Shown here: one piece after another, positions 51,077-62,767 of the stretch | How positions within the stretch are numbered: position 1 is the first letter of the stretch | Layout of the letters: every line of letters begins with the position of its first letter | Assembly: GCA_965649825.1 (NCBI GenBank) | Contig: OZ287695.1 | Span: 310,001-374,000 of the forward strand | DNA: 64,000 nucleotides | Origin: Penicillus capitatus | Taxonomy: Eukaryota; Plantae; Chlorophyta | Direction: 5' to 3' | Notes under the pieces: generated by a model | Database searches by the model: none | Seen by the model: the letters and a program-made list of their open reading frames with translations, nothing else | Told to the model about the DNA's origin: nothing | Made by a program: the position numbers and the translations under genes

Positions 51077-51426
51077 TCAACAGCTAACATGCATCTCTGT
51101 TCATGCACTCGGCGTAACGACGGCAGTACATTGATCGACACTGAGAGGTGCCTGCGCAAGAAACTGCTCGACTGGCGGACGACGTCGAGTGTCACCGAGA
51201 AAACAACCCGACACGTGAAGCTTCAACAGACAGAGAGTCACCCGGAATGCAGACGTATGTAAGGCTCGAGGATGCAGCCGAACTTAAGGTATGTACGTAC
51301 GTGATGGTGCCCTTTGTGGTTCATTGTTCTGCATCGCACGTGAAGCTTCATTTTTCGGCAAACGCAATGTTCACGCAGCGTTGTGCAGAAAAGCGACGCC
51401 GACGCCCGGACAGAAAGGCAACGGCA

Positions 51427-54150
51427 ATGGTGCACCTGGCATTACACTTGTGGCTGCTCCTCCTGTCGGGGCCAATTCACGGCAGCCAAGAAATGGGTAA
51501 GCATTGTTCGCATTCGGCGTTTATGTTGCGCGTTTCTAGGACAAGGATGGGAGGAGGCGTCCAACGCCGTCGTCTACGAAAAAATAGTGGTGCGTTCCAC
51601 GACACGGAAGAACCTCGACCGCCATTGTCTGAGACACGTGTTCACAGGGAGGCGTAAAGGCAAAGCGCGGAAGATTTCCATACATGTGCAGCTTGCGTCG
51701 ACGTGGCAGCCATTCGCACGCATGCGGGGCGACGCTGTTCCAGGCGCAATGGATTTTGACGGCGGCTCACTGCGTGGACCCTGACAAAGACAAGACCCTT
51801 GGTCTGTTTCCCGTCGTCTACTGCGGAATCTACGACCTGAAAGAAAAAGTGGATGAGGACAAGGTGAAGATTCGATACTTTTCTGCAGAAGGGTCACACA
51901 AACGCTGTGTGCTAAGTAGGTGTTTGATGTCATTGACGCCCACCTGCATGACGATTGGACTGGTGATGTTATCAACGGATCTGACATTGCCGTGCTGAAG
52001 CTCGACAGAGAGGCCAATCTTTCACTGCCGCGTTTGGCTTCGAGCGACGTTCCTTTGAAAGCCGGAGATCTGTTGGCTGCGACGGGATGGGGACAGGCAG
52101 AATCTGCACATCATTCACACGTTCTGCGCTTGGCCGACAGAATTGCCGTTGTCGGGCAGAAATACTGCGACGTGCAACCTCAGGGGGCCGACAAGGACAG
52201 CTGGATATGCGCCGGAGCGCTAGGACAGGACACATGTCGAGGTCAGTGTCCGGGCATTGGACGTTATCGATCCGAGAATGATTACGTCTGTGCGTTTGGC
52301 CGGTAGGTGATTCGGGCGGTCCTCTGATCTTGGCAGATGCTCCAGATGGCCACATCACTGACGGGAAAGCACAAAGAGACATGATCGTCGGCATCACGTC
52401 TTACGGCTACGCAGAAGACGAGTCTCAACTGTGTTCCGGCTTCGAGCCTGCCGTTTACACACGCGTCCACCATTTTTTGGATTGGATAGAAGACATCATC
52501 CAGAGCGATCGCACGAAAAAGGTGTGATCTGGAGCAAACATATCCACTGACTGCCGTATATGGAATACATGTAGCGTCGAAGTCGCAAGAAAAGTGGCAC
52601 GAAGAGTTTGGACAAAAAACGCATGCAGTATGCGAGGCTGTCTCACTCAGAGATGCTCGCCGTAAGCTCTCATTAGTCTATGAGAATCGAGTACATTCCG
52701 TCGTCGTAGGAGATGGTCATTGCTATTCGAGGGGACAGCGCTCTCGATGCAGAAGCACTTCTTTTGGCCGGTCTGTATGTTGACACGACCTATGGACATG
52801 ACATCAGCACGCCGGGATATAAAGTAGCAGAGGGATCGACGCCCCTGCACTTGGCAGCCGCATTCGACGCTTCGAAATGCGCAAAGGTGCGACGACGAAT
52901 CCGCGCATCAGAAGGAGATTGCCCAGAACGCCTTTTTTGCATCTTATGCATCCAAATGTCTCTCTGTGTCTTCAGGTATTGCTAAAGTACAAAGCAGACA
53001 CCGATGTCGAGAACGCCGAAGGAGAGACGCCGCTTCACAAGGCATCCTACCACGGACACACTGACATCGTAAAGGTGCGCCGCCATTGCGAATTTTATGT
53101 CGCGGAAGAGAGATATCGAAGGTTCTCATCGCAGCTGGAGCTGACGTCAGTGCCTACAACAAAGTCGGCAGGTCTGCTCTCTACATGGCATCGTACCAAG
53201 GACATCTCGAAGTTGTTAAAGTGGGTCGATAGAAAGGAAAATCTGCTCTTCTTGAAGAGATACTTAAGGTGTTGATAAAAGCCGGCGCTACTGTGGATGC
53301 AACGACACCTTCCGGTTGGACTCCCTTGCATACAGCATCAAAGAACGATCACACCGATGTCGTTAAGGTCGGTGGTCCTTATGGCGAATGCCCGACCTCT
53401 CCGACAAAAGACTGAAGGTGCTGATTGAAGCCGGCGCCGATGTGGACGCTAAGACGAATACCGGCTGGACAATTCTTTATGTGGCATCTCGTCTTGGACA
53501 TTCAGAAGTTGTCAAAGTAGGGCCTTACAGTAGAGAAAGTACTTCGCCTGCCTGAATACCGTCGATCGCAGCTGTTGATTAAAGCCGACGCTACTGTTGA
53601 TGCAGCGACGCATTCCGGTTGGACTCCTCTGCATACTGCATCCAAGAACGACCACACCGATGTCGTGAAGGTCAGTCCATATGGCGAATGCTCGGCCTCT
53701 CCGACGAAGGACACTGAAGGTGCTGATTGAAGCCGACGCCGATGTGGACGCTAAGACGAATACCGGCTGGACGGCGCTTTATGTGGCATCTCGTTATGGA
53801 CACTCGGAAGTGGTCAAAGTAGGATTGTACAGTGAAAGTACTTCGCCTGCCTGAATACCGTCGATCGCAGCTGTTGGTTGAAGCCGGCGCCACTGTGGAC
53901 GCAACGACGCATTCCGGTTGGACTCCCTTGCATACTGCATCCAAGAACGGCCATCTGAACGTTGCTAAAGTAAGTCAGAACGCCTCTCTGCCGAAAAGAC
54001 GACGCTTTCCAGGTCCTCGTTGGTGCTGGAGCGTCGAAGTTAAGCTTGACTACAGATGGAAAAACTCCTCTCGAATGCGTTTGTACCGACGCGAACGCTC
54101 AGTGTTCTGAAAAGACTCGGACGGATCTCATTAAGCTGCTGACGCCATGA
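51427..54150 (+). CDS. Trypsin-ankyrin fusion protein A (signal peptide, S1 protease, linker, N-cap + 7 single-exon ANK repeats + C-cap)
   Basis: MVHLALHLWLLLLS; EKIV|GG; TAAHC, SDIAVLKL, DTCR|GDSGGP. Phase-0 introns 52522-52574 and 52662-52709 flank an 87-bp linker exon. 99-bp ANK exons start at 52976, 53122, 53269, 53418, 53572, 53720 and 53871; TGA at 54148-54150. Confidence 0.82.
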
Positions 54151-54370
54151 AGAAGATGCCTGTCAGCAGCGTCCTTTTTTCCTGTCCGCTGTCAACCACA
54201 TCACACAGTGTGATGTGACGTTGACAGCAACATAAAACCCTGTTATAAACAACTATGGACAAGGAGTTTGCGGAAGTACGCCTAAGCACGTTTCTAGAAT
54301 GCTTTGTTGGCGGTCTGCCTTAGTCAACTACGTTGTAACTGACGTTATTCGCTGACAGATTAAGATCGTA

Positions 54371-54722
54371 GACAGCATACGACTGTCCCATCGTAGCAAC
54401 GACAGCATACGACTGTCCCATCGTAGCAACGACAGCATACGACTGTCCCATCGTAGCAACGACAGCATACGACTGTCCCATCGTAGCAACGACAGCATAC
54501 GACTGTCCCATCGTAGCAACGACAGCATACGACTGTCCCATCGTAGCAACGACAGCATACGACTGTCCCATCGTAGCAACGACAGCATACGACTGTCCCA
54601 TCGTAGCAACGACAGCATACGACTGTCCCATCGTAGCAACGACAGCATACGACTGTCCCATCGTAGCAACGACAGCATACGACTGTCCCATCGTAGCAAC
54701 GACAGCATACGACTGTCCCATC
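54371..54722. repeat. Perfect 30-bp minisatellite (GACAGCATACGACTGTCCCATCGTAGCAAC), 11 full + 1 partial copy
   Basis: Read directly; no spacers between units. Confidence 0.95.
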
Positions 54723-54946
54723 TTAACGAGAGAGAACTCAGGGCTTTCAAAGGATCTGTAAAGACGGCTCGGTACAGAACCTAATCGCATTCGGGCGTGC
54801 TTCTCTGGTAGCGAGATGAACGGCGAGACGCAGTCGAAAGGGTGATTCCGTTTAACGTCGGAATGATCGCAATCGATCCGGTACAACAGATGACTCGGGA
54901 CTGGTTGACTGTTTTTCGCATCTGAACGCCATTCTCGTTGGAGAAG

Positions 54947-57848
54947 ATGTTCACGCTTCGTCGGTCTTCCGCGCCAACACTCCGCTCGAAAAAATGGCTC
55001 TTTGCGCTGACGAATTTGACGCTGCACTCGTTGTTGCTGACGTCGTGGACAGCATCCGCCAGTCAAGGTGAAAAACGGAAACGCCCGCATTCGTACGACG
55101 TTCTCTTCTGCAAAGGTTTGGACGCCACGGACTTGAGCTCTGAGTCGAACACAGAAATCGTACCTAAAATAGTAGTAAGCGGCACGAAGCCTCTGTCGCG
55201 GAATGCCAAGTCAATGCTTGGCAGAAAGGGGAAACCGCACCGCCTGAAAGATTTCCATATACGTGCAGCTTAAGGGAACGTGGCAGCCGCAGACACATGT
55301 GCGGCGCGACGCTCTTTAGACGCGACTGGGTCATGACGGCGGCTCACTGCGTGGACCCTAACGACCACGAAACCATTGGCCTGTCGCCCATCGTCTACTG
55401 CGGAATACACGACCGCAGGAAGGCGGAAGACGACCAGGTAGGTAGCTTCGAATTCCTCTCGGATAGAGCAAAGCGCGCTGTGTCGGCGCAGGTCTTTGAT
55501 GCAATCGCAGGATACGTTCACCCCAAATGGACAGGCAGCGTCGCACATGGACATGACGTCGCCGTATTGAAGCTTGACGGAGACGCCAACCTGACACTGC
55601 CTCGTTTGGGTTCGGGACATATTTTCTTGAACAAAGGAGACTATCTTGCTGCCACGGGATGGGGACTGAACGAAGACGGCCGTCCAGCAAATAAGCTGCA
55701 AGTGGCGACGCATCTCGCCGTAGTCGGGCAAGATAAATGCAAGGAAATTCCCCAAGGCGTCGACTCCAACAGTTGGATCTGCGCTGGAGGACTGCAGGAG
55801 GACACCTGCAGAGGTCATCTGGGCTGTCATCTGCTGTACCTTCTGATGACGAGCAGCATCTGCGTTGTTTGGCAGGTGACTCTGGCGGTCCACTGATGCT
55901 GATGGACTCTCCTGATGGAAAAATGGAAGATGGAAAGCCACATCTGGACATGATCGTCGGCATCACGTCATTCGGCTATAGAGTAGACGGCGCTGACGAG
56001 TGTTCTGGAGACGAGCCTGCCATCTACACGAGGGTCGACTATTTCCTCGATTGGATTGAACGGACCGTCAACTGTCATCAAAATGTGAGATCCGAAAGTC
56101 ACTCTTGGTCTTTAGCACATGTACGCAGCGTTCGAGATGCGTTGCGACGCACCAGGTTATGCTAAACGAGAGGCGAAAACACTATGCATTGTTCTCGGAA
56201 TCGGCCATGATCGAGGTAAACTGCATGGAAGTCGGACAGTGGACAGTTCTTCGTGCAGGCGATGCTCGATGCCATGCGAAAGGATAACTCCCTTGACGCT
56301 GAGGCTCTTATGTTGGCCGGTCTCCATGTCAACGCCACCTACGGACAGGAAGATATAGAGTCACTTCCGAAGTCGGATCGCTCGACTCTGCTGCACGCAG
56401 CTGCCGCGCTCAACGCCGAGCAGTGTGCTCAGGTAGAGCCAGACTCCTCTGTAGAGTCACATACGCAGAATGACGGACCTCAACTCCTCACATTCCTTGT
56501 GATTGACTGTACTCTGTAGGTGTTAATGAACTATGGCGCAGGAATTAACACAGCGAGTGCCAACGGCAACACACCTCTGCACGAAGCTGCGACCTTCAAC
56601 AGTGCTCGCGTCGCAGAAGTCGGCGATGCCTCTTCTGAATTCCTAGTAACTGGCTGCATTCTGTAGGTGTTGATGATGTATGATGCGGGAATTGACGTAA
56701 CGAGTGCTAATGGCCATACACCTCTGCACGAAGCTGCGATCTCCAATAGTGCTCGAGTCGCGAAAGTTGGCGATGCTTTTCGCATGTCTCCTATTGCCGG
56801 TCGTGCAAGCAGATTCTCCTCGATCGTGGGGCAGATCCCGACACCCCTGACAACGACAACTGGACACCGCTTCACCAGGCAACATACAAGAATCACGTCA
56901 ACATTGTAAAGGTAAATCCGACGCTTTTGTCGCGTCTCGTGCTGAAGAGGTTCTGAAAGTATCTCGTCGACTATGACGCGGACCTCGACAGTTTCAGGAA
57001 TGACGACGGCCTTGCTCCGCTTCACAATGCAGTTGCAAATGGATTCATACAGATTACGAAGGTCTGTGAGCCTCGTCTTCGCTCGGTTATGTGTTCAAAA
57101 TCCATTGGTCCAAGATTCTCGTCAAAGGAGGGGCGGATGTTGATGCTTTCAACAACCATGGCTGGACAGCACTGCACGTAGCAGCCGAAAAAGAATACAC
57201 GGAGATTGTAAAGGTCAGAATTCCGCCTTTGATCCGATCTCTTTTAAAGACGATGGAAGGCAGACTCTAGTTGACGCTGGGGCAGACGTCGAGGTTTTTA
57301 ACCAACGCAGTTGGACACCACTACACGCAGCTACAAACCATGACTGTGTACAGTCTGCGAAGGTCAGAATCACGCCTTTGTTTTTAGAGCATTCAAAAAA
57401 CGAGATACAGATCCTTGTTGAAGCTGGCGCAAACATCAACACTGTCGGTGAGGGTGGTTGGACTCCATTGCTCTTATCTGTCATTCATGACCGCATAGAG
57501 ATGCAAAAAGTAAGCTACGCTTGTATCGGGTTGCCGTGTCGATAGAGACGTTTGAAGATTCTCCTCGACCACGGTGCAGATACTGAAGCAATGCTTTCAG
57601 ACAACTTTTGGACTCCACTTCACATGGCAGCTCATTATGGCAAATTGCAAAGTGCTAAGGTAAGCCACCGATTGCGTTAACTGCCTCATACCTATAGGAA
57701 GTATGGGCAGATGCTCGTAGAAGCTGGAGCAAACAAAAATATCGCAGCCAAGGATAACAGAATTCCATTCAATCATTACTGTGAACACAGTAAAGCAAAG
57801 TGCTCGGATAAAACTAAAGCAGCTTTCGCTCAACTCTTGCGTGTTTGA
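54947..57848 (+). CDS. Trypsin-ankyrin fusion protein B (S1 protease, linker, N-cap + 8 single-exon ANK repeats + C-cap)
   Basis: Hydrophobic N-terminal stretch; PKIV|KG; TAAHC, HDVAVLKL, DTCR|GDSGGP. The 87-bp phase-0 linker exon is at 56129-56215; 99/102-bp ANK exons start at 56520, 56667, 56813 and onward; TGA at 57846-57848. Confidence 0.8.
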
Positions 57849-59839
57849 ATCCTTACATCTCTTTGGTCTTTCTGCAGCAACGAATTCTGACGTTATGTGT
57901 TGTTCTTGTGCTGACTAAGACTCGCTGCAACGTAATTGCTAGGTCTGATCGTCGCCGCCATTACATTTACCGCGAATTCAAACAGCCATTTAATCGCGAA
58001 GGAACAACGCTGCCATTCTGAAAGTGTCGGTTTCGTAAGCAACGCGCAGTTCCGTAAGGGCGATGCCGAATAAGAAAGGCGCTTGCGTTCCTGGCTGGAG
58101 CTTTTGCATCGAACGCGGTTGTCGAATCGGTTATTTACACCGTCGTCAATTGCGAGCGAAATAATAGCGTCAAAAGAACACGGACGGTTCTTATGACCAA
58201 CGCTATCTTCGTCACCGAGCGATACTCAATCTAACGGGACAGTACTGGAAAGAGTTGGATGGACAGATCCAGCGACAATGAATCTGAACGCCGAAAGGAG
58301 GTCTTCTATCAGATCTTCGACCAGCTCTTGAAGAAGTCGAGGATTCCGTTCTCGACATCGTATCTGAAAACAACATTCTGAGACGACGAAAGACAAATGC
58401 GTTGTTTTCTGTGACTATGAAGATCTCTGGAATCCAGGACGACGCTCCGCAGGTGATTGATGGGCAAGTTGTAAACGGATCTGTTCGCGCGTGAGCTTGA
58501 ACGTCCTCGCCTGCTCCTACGTGTCAACCCGAATACCAAAAACGCTTCAGGTCAGTCAGTGAATGCGTGTCTCTACGACCACGACCCGTTTCATTGGCAG
58601 AGCGACAAAGCGAAAGAGGTAGTCAGAGACAGACAGCGGCACCTTTTCGCGTTTCGGCGAAATGAGAGAAATGCCTGACTGTGTTCATCTTCGAAGTGTT
58701 CGGTTTGATCATTCACAAATGATCGGTAAGTTGAACGTAGCCAAGGCGAGTGCGGACAGACCAGTTTTGCATCCATAAAAAGAATGCTGCTGGGCGATAG
58801 GTTCGTCCTCCTGTAGTCAGCGATCGTCGTTTATTCGACCATTGTTGTCCAAGTGGACGAATGTGACAGAGCGTTCAGCTGCACGTACTATCCGTGTGCT
58901 GCCCGTACAACTTGGAGGAATGATTCTATTCGTGTGTGGCTTGCTGCAGTTTGGGACAAGGCGATATCCTCTTTCGAGAACTGCCCCATCGGAAAACGGA
59001 TCGTCCATTCCGATCATTAAAGAGTGATGGGATCTTCTGCGTTAGTCCCTTGCTCCAGATGCCGTTGCTGGCCACAGTGTTTGGAGAGATGAGTGCAAAG
59101 ATCATCTGACTTCTGGATCGCTGATAACCAACACATAGTCGCACTCTCGCAAACGTGAAGCGCATGAGCAGAGATGCAACATTCAGAATGCACAGTTGCC
59201 GTGTTTTGATTGCTCATAGTGGATGGATGGATTTACCTGTCTTTGCCAAATCGCCGTCGCCGTTATTGAGAAGCTGTTCTGTCCAGCGTCTTTGCTGTGA
59301 CCCTTAACGACGACCATCAGAGTTCTCGCTCGATGCCACCCACGATCCGTAGTTGTTCATGCATCACTATGAGATGAACGAACCATATCTGTTGTAAAAG
59401 CAGAATCCGTTTCTTATTCAATGCCAACAGCTGTTCAGTCCCGAGAGACATGCTTGCGTTAGAGCACAGGGCTCAAGAACACACACTGTTCTTCGTGGCA
59501 CTTAGACAACCGCTTGACAGTCGCTCTGACCGCGCCGAGAAGATGCATCAAATCAAACACGATCATGTGAGCTAGATGTTGATAAGACAGACCGTACAAC
59601 GCATCGTGTCGCATCTGCTGAAGTTTTCTGCGTACTTTGTTCCTCGAAGGCAAGTCGATTTGAACGTTTCGCGAGAGGGTGACTTCATGCTGTGCGTGCA
59701 GGTCATATATCGATATGCAAGCTGAAGGTCCGGATGGAGGACTCAGTGAAGTCGAAATGCTCGCCTAGGGAATAGGAAGCCGACCTATTATCGGGCAGTC
59801 GAACGTCGGACAACGTTATGACCCGAGACGTAGCAGGTC

Positions 59840-62000
59840 GACAGACAGAGTCGAATGGACCGTGCTCCTCGGATGGTTACGCAAGCATGGCAGACAGAGC
59901 GAAATGTCGTAGACTCGAGTCCCCTCTCAAGTACTCGGAAATGACGAAGATCACGTTGCACTCCAAGCACGGTGACGAAGTTTTGGGGATTTATTCCAAG
60001 GCCTTTGCTCATGCCTTTGCCAAGGAAGGTTTTTCTAAACGAACGTGGCGATTGCCCTCTGCAGAACGCTTATGCATGTCAAACCCTCTTCGTATAGCGG
60101 CACTGCGAAGCTAGTAATGCTGACGAAGAAGCTTCTTGGCAACCTCTTGTCACAACCCAAGCTGACGAGGAACAACTTCGCGCAGTACGAAACGACCTTT
60201 CTGGCATTAAATCTATCCTTATTTCTGCTTCACATGTCTAGTCATAAAGACATTGATGAAAAAGAAAAACAAGATCTCCCTCTGTCTATCCATCCCGGTG
60301 AGGGAGTACGACTTAGCGCTGTCGTGCAAGATCTGATTGCTCTTGCGTCCATTGCAATGAAACAGGGGTTATGAAAGAATCTTATGATGGTATTCAAAGT
60401 TTGCAAGGATTAACATATGATATTGTAAAATGAAGCTCAGTTAAATGGTCTGGTTCACATGTACATCGTTACGAACTTCATTTATATGTTCGTAGGCGTT
60501 TCCGGTTACAGTGTGAGAACTTCATGCGCATCTTCACGTAAGTTCATTTCAGGTTCGACATGATTGCACAACGCCGTACGACACGAGAAGGATAGCAGTG
60601 CGCGTTGATATTCAAGTGCAATGTCTTGGATTCAACGACCAGCAGTTAGTAGATTATATATAAAGCGAACTAACCGAAGACGAATCTCCGAGACTCGTTG
60701 AATCCCTCAAAAACTCTCCCGCCATGTGGGAGATGGCCCACATTCCTGTGACGGCCCACGTCCTGTGTTCCTTGTCAAAGGACCACGGTACCGCAGCTGA
60801 AGGACAAGGGAAGAGAGCGAGCATCTTCCAAATATACAACGACATGGCAAACTACGTCTGGGCGCGATTCAAAAAGAAGCCTAAGGCGAGGAACATAAAA
60901 AGATGCGATTTTTTGGTGATTTGGAAAAAAAAATTGCCTTCGAAACTCTTCGGAGTGGTCTCATTCTTATCCCTTTAAGACTCGTTACTTAGTATGCGAC
61001 CTCTACAGACGCAGCAAGAACTTTTAGAGAAAGTGGACTCCTCTTGCTCGTGTTGGAAGGTCAAGAGTACCAATTCCCCCATCTGACATTTAAAGAGTAT
61101 TTCGCCGGCAGACACATTGCCAAGAAGTCGGGAAGAAAAAAGATCGGATGACGAAACTAAAGCGCCGGCTTTCATTCGCGAAGGAAAACAGAAGGAGAAG
61201 CATTTTCTAACAGCATCCTTTGCAATGCACGCATTCGCGGAAAGCCGTAGAAACTTCGCCTTAGACAAGATGCTTTCGATTGTGCAACGACGAACCCGTC
61301 GATGTTTTAGAAGTACAACGCTTTTTAAGAGTAGAAGTTCTTGAGGCAACTCCAGAAGAGGTAGATAAATCATGTCTCGAGATATTTATCGAAGATGAAA
61401 AGACCAGCGAAATTACCAATAGCACGCGAACTCCCAATAAGCACAATGGACGATATCCTGATTCGTCAAATAGTTGTTAGGAGATTTGGGCAATGCACTT
61501 GTGTGTTGCAAGAATTTCCTAGCGTATTTAATGATACCAATGATGAAACAAAACAAGCATTAGCAAATTCACGAATCTTGACATGGAAGGTACTGGATAG
61601 AATTGAGAATGCGCCAAAACTCGCAAAGCATTCTCTGGAACACATAAATGAGACAATCCAAATGCTCCTACAGCTAGTGAACAAAGTCAAAGATTGGTGC
61701 AACACGGAGGAGTGAATAAGAAGGTTTGGATGTGTGGCAAGTAAAGTGTCGAGTTCCTGGCGACCTTCTGCCTTCGCCGACAAGAGACTTCGACAACGAA
61801 GACACGTTAGGGCGTCAGAATGCGCTGGAAGGCATCCGACAGGTAATAGTGACAGTGCCGCAGCTGGCAGGTGACCTTCCGTCGATGCTAGTGAGAGACA
61901 GTGGCGACGGATATCCGTTGCTACGTGGCACAGCGATAGATCGTTTGCATGGTTCCTTCCTCGACTTAACGTCCACGCGTTGCGACGGTTCCGTTCAAAG
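59840..62000 (+). pseudogene. Degenerate third NLR-like NACHT-HEAT gene
   Basis: Colinear fragments: PLKYSEMTK...PKLTRNNFAQYETTFLAL (N domain), MWEMAHIPVTAHVLCSLSK, ESGLLLLVLEGQEYQFPHLTF, DDILIRQIV, and 1-2 decayed HEAT units. Stops and frameshifts present; the Walker A/B region is absent. Confidence 0.82.
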
Positions 62001-62767
62001 GCGACAGATATCGACGTCATCGCGTTTGTGCGTGCGATATGATATCAGCTAGAACAGAAGTGCTATCGCACCATCTCCAGTCACATCACTGCCACAACTG
62101 AGATATTACGTTTGAAACCTCGTCTTCGAAGGACGTCTTTAAACGGCGCTCAGGATACGATGCGACTGCCAGCTGTGGTTCGTTGCGTGTTTCCTCGCCG
62201 TCGAGAAGAAGAGAAAAAAAAGTCTCCAGGCGCGGCCCCATTCCCTGTCACGGTCGGCATCTAGTGTCAGTCTAGTAAGGTCTCTTCGCCTTCATGTAAT
62301 CTGTGTTCGATAGGTTTGTCTGAAGAGACATTGGCAGAGAAGTAGTATCGGGCTGATGTGACATCTGTTTCTCAATATACACAGCGGATGCTTGTCGAGA
62401 GGCGTCGCAGCGACATCGCGTATCGTCGGAAGCATCGAGATCGAGTCCCACCAAAAAGATTTAAAACTTCAATCTTTCCCACATAAAAACCGAAGAACCA
62501 TCAAAGGTCATACGGTGTGTGTTAAGGATGTTGTCCATCAATCAGATCTTGTGTTTAGCAAAGCAACAACGACAGACACGCAACTCTAGTGACTGCTGCG
62601 CGATCAACAAGAAAAAAGAACGATCTAAACCGATGACCTTCCGGGCTGAGACGCTTTTCGTGGTTCGAAAAGCACAAAAAAAAACTGTTAACCCATTCCG
62701 TCGGCTTCTGAACAAAAAGGAGCTGTCGAGACAGAATCTTTACGCTTTCTCAGAATCGGGAAGCGTT

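Noticed and set aside
54371-54722. CRISPR array
   Set aside because: The 30-bp units are contiguous with no spacers, no cas genes are present, and the context is eukaryotic.
54360-54726. piggyBac-like element from the TTAA ends
   Set aside because: Only 7 bp of inverted match, no real TIR and no transposase.
54320-55090. 256-aa minus-strand ORF with MGQSYAVVAT repeats
   Set aside because: It is open mainly because the 30-bp unit lacks stops in most frames, and it overlaps the start of gene B in antisense.
51427-57848. Separate protease and ankyrin genes, as the ORF track suggests
   Set aside because: In-phase splice sites and an equal-length linker exon in two paralogs favour a fusion; RNA confirmation is still needed.
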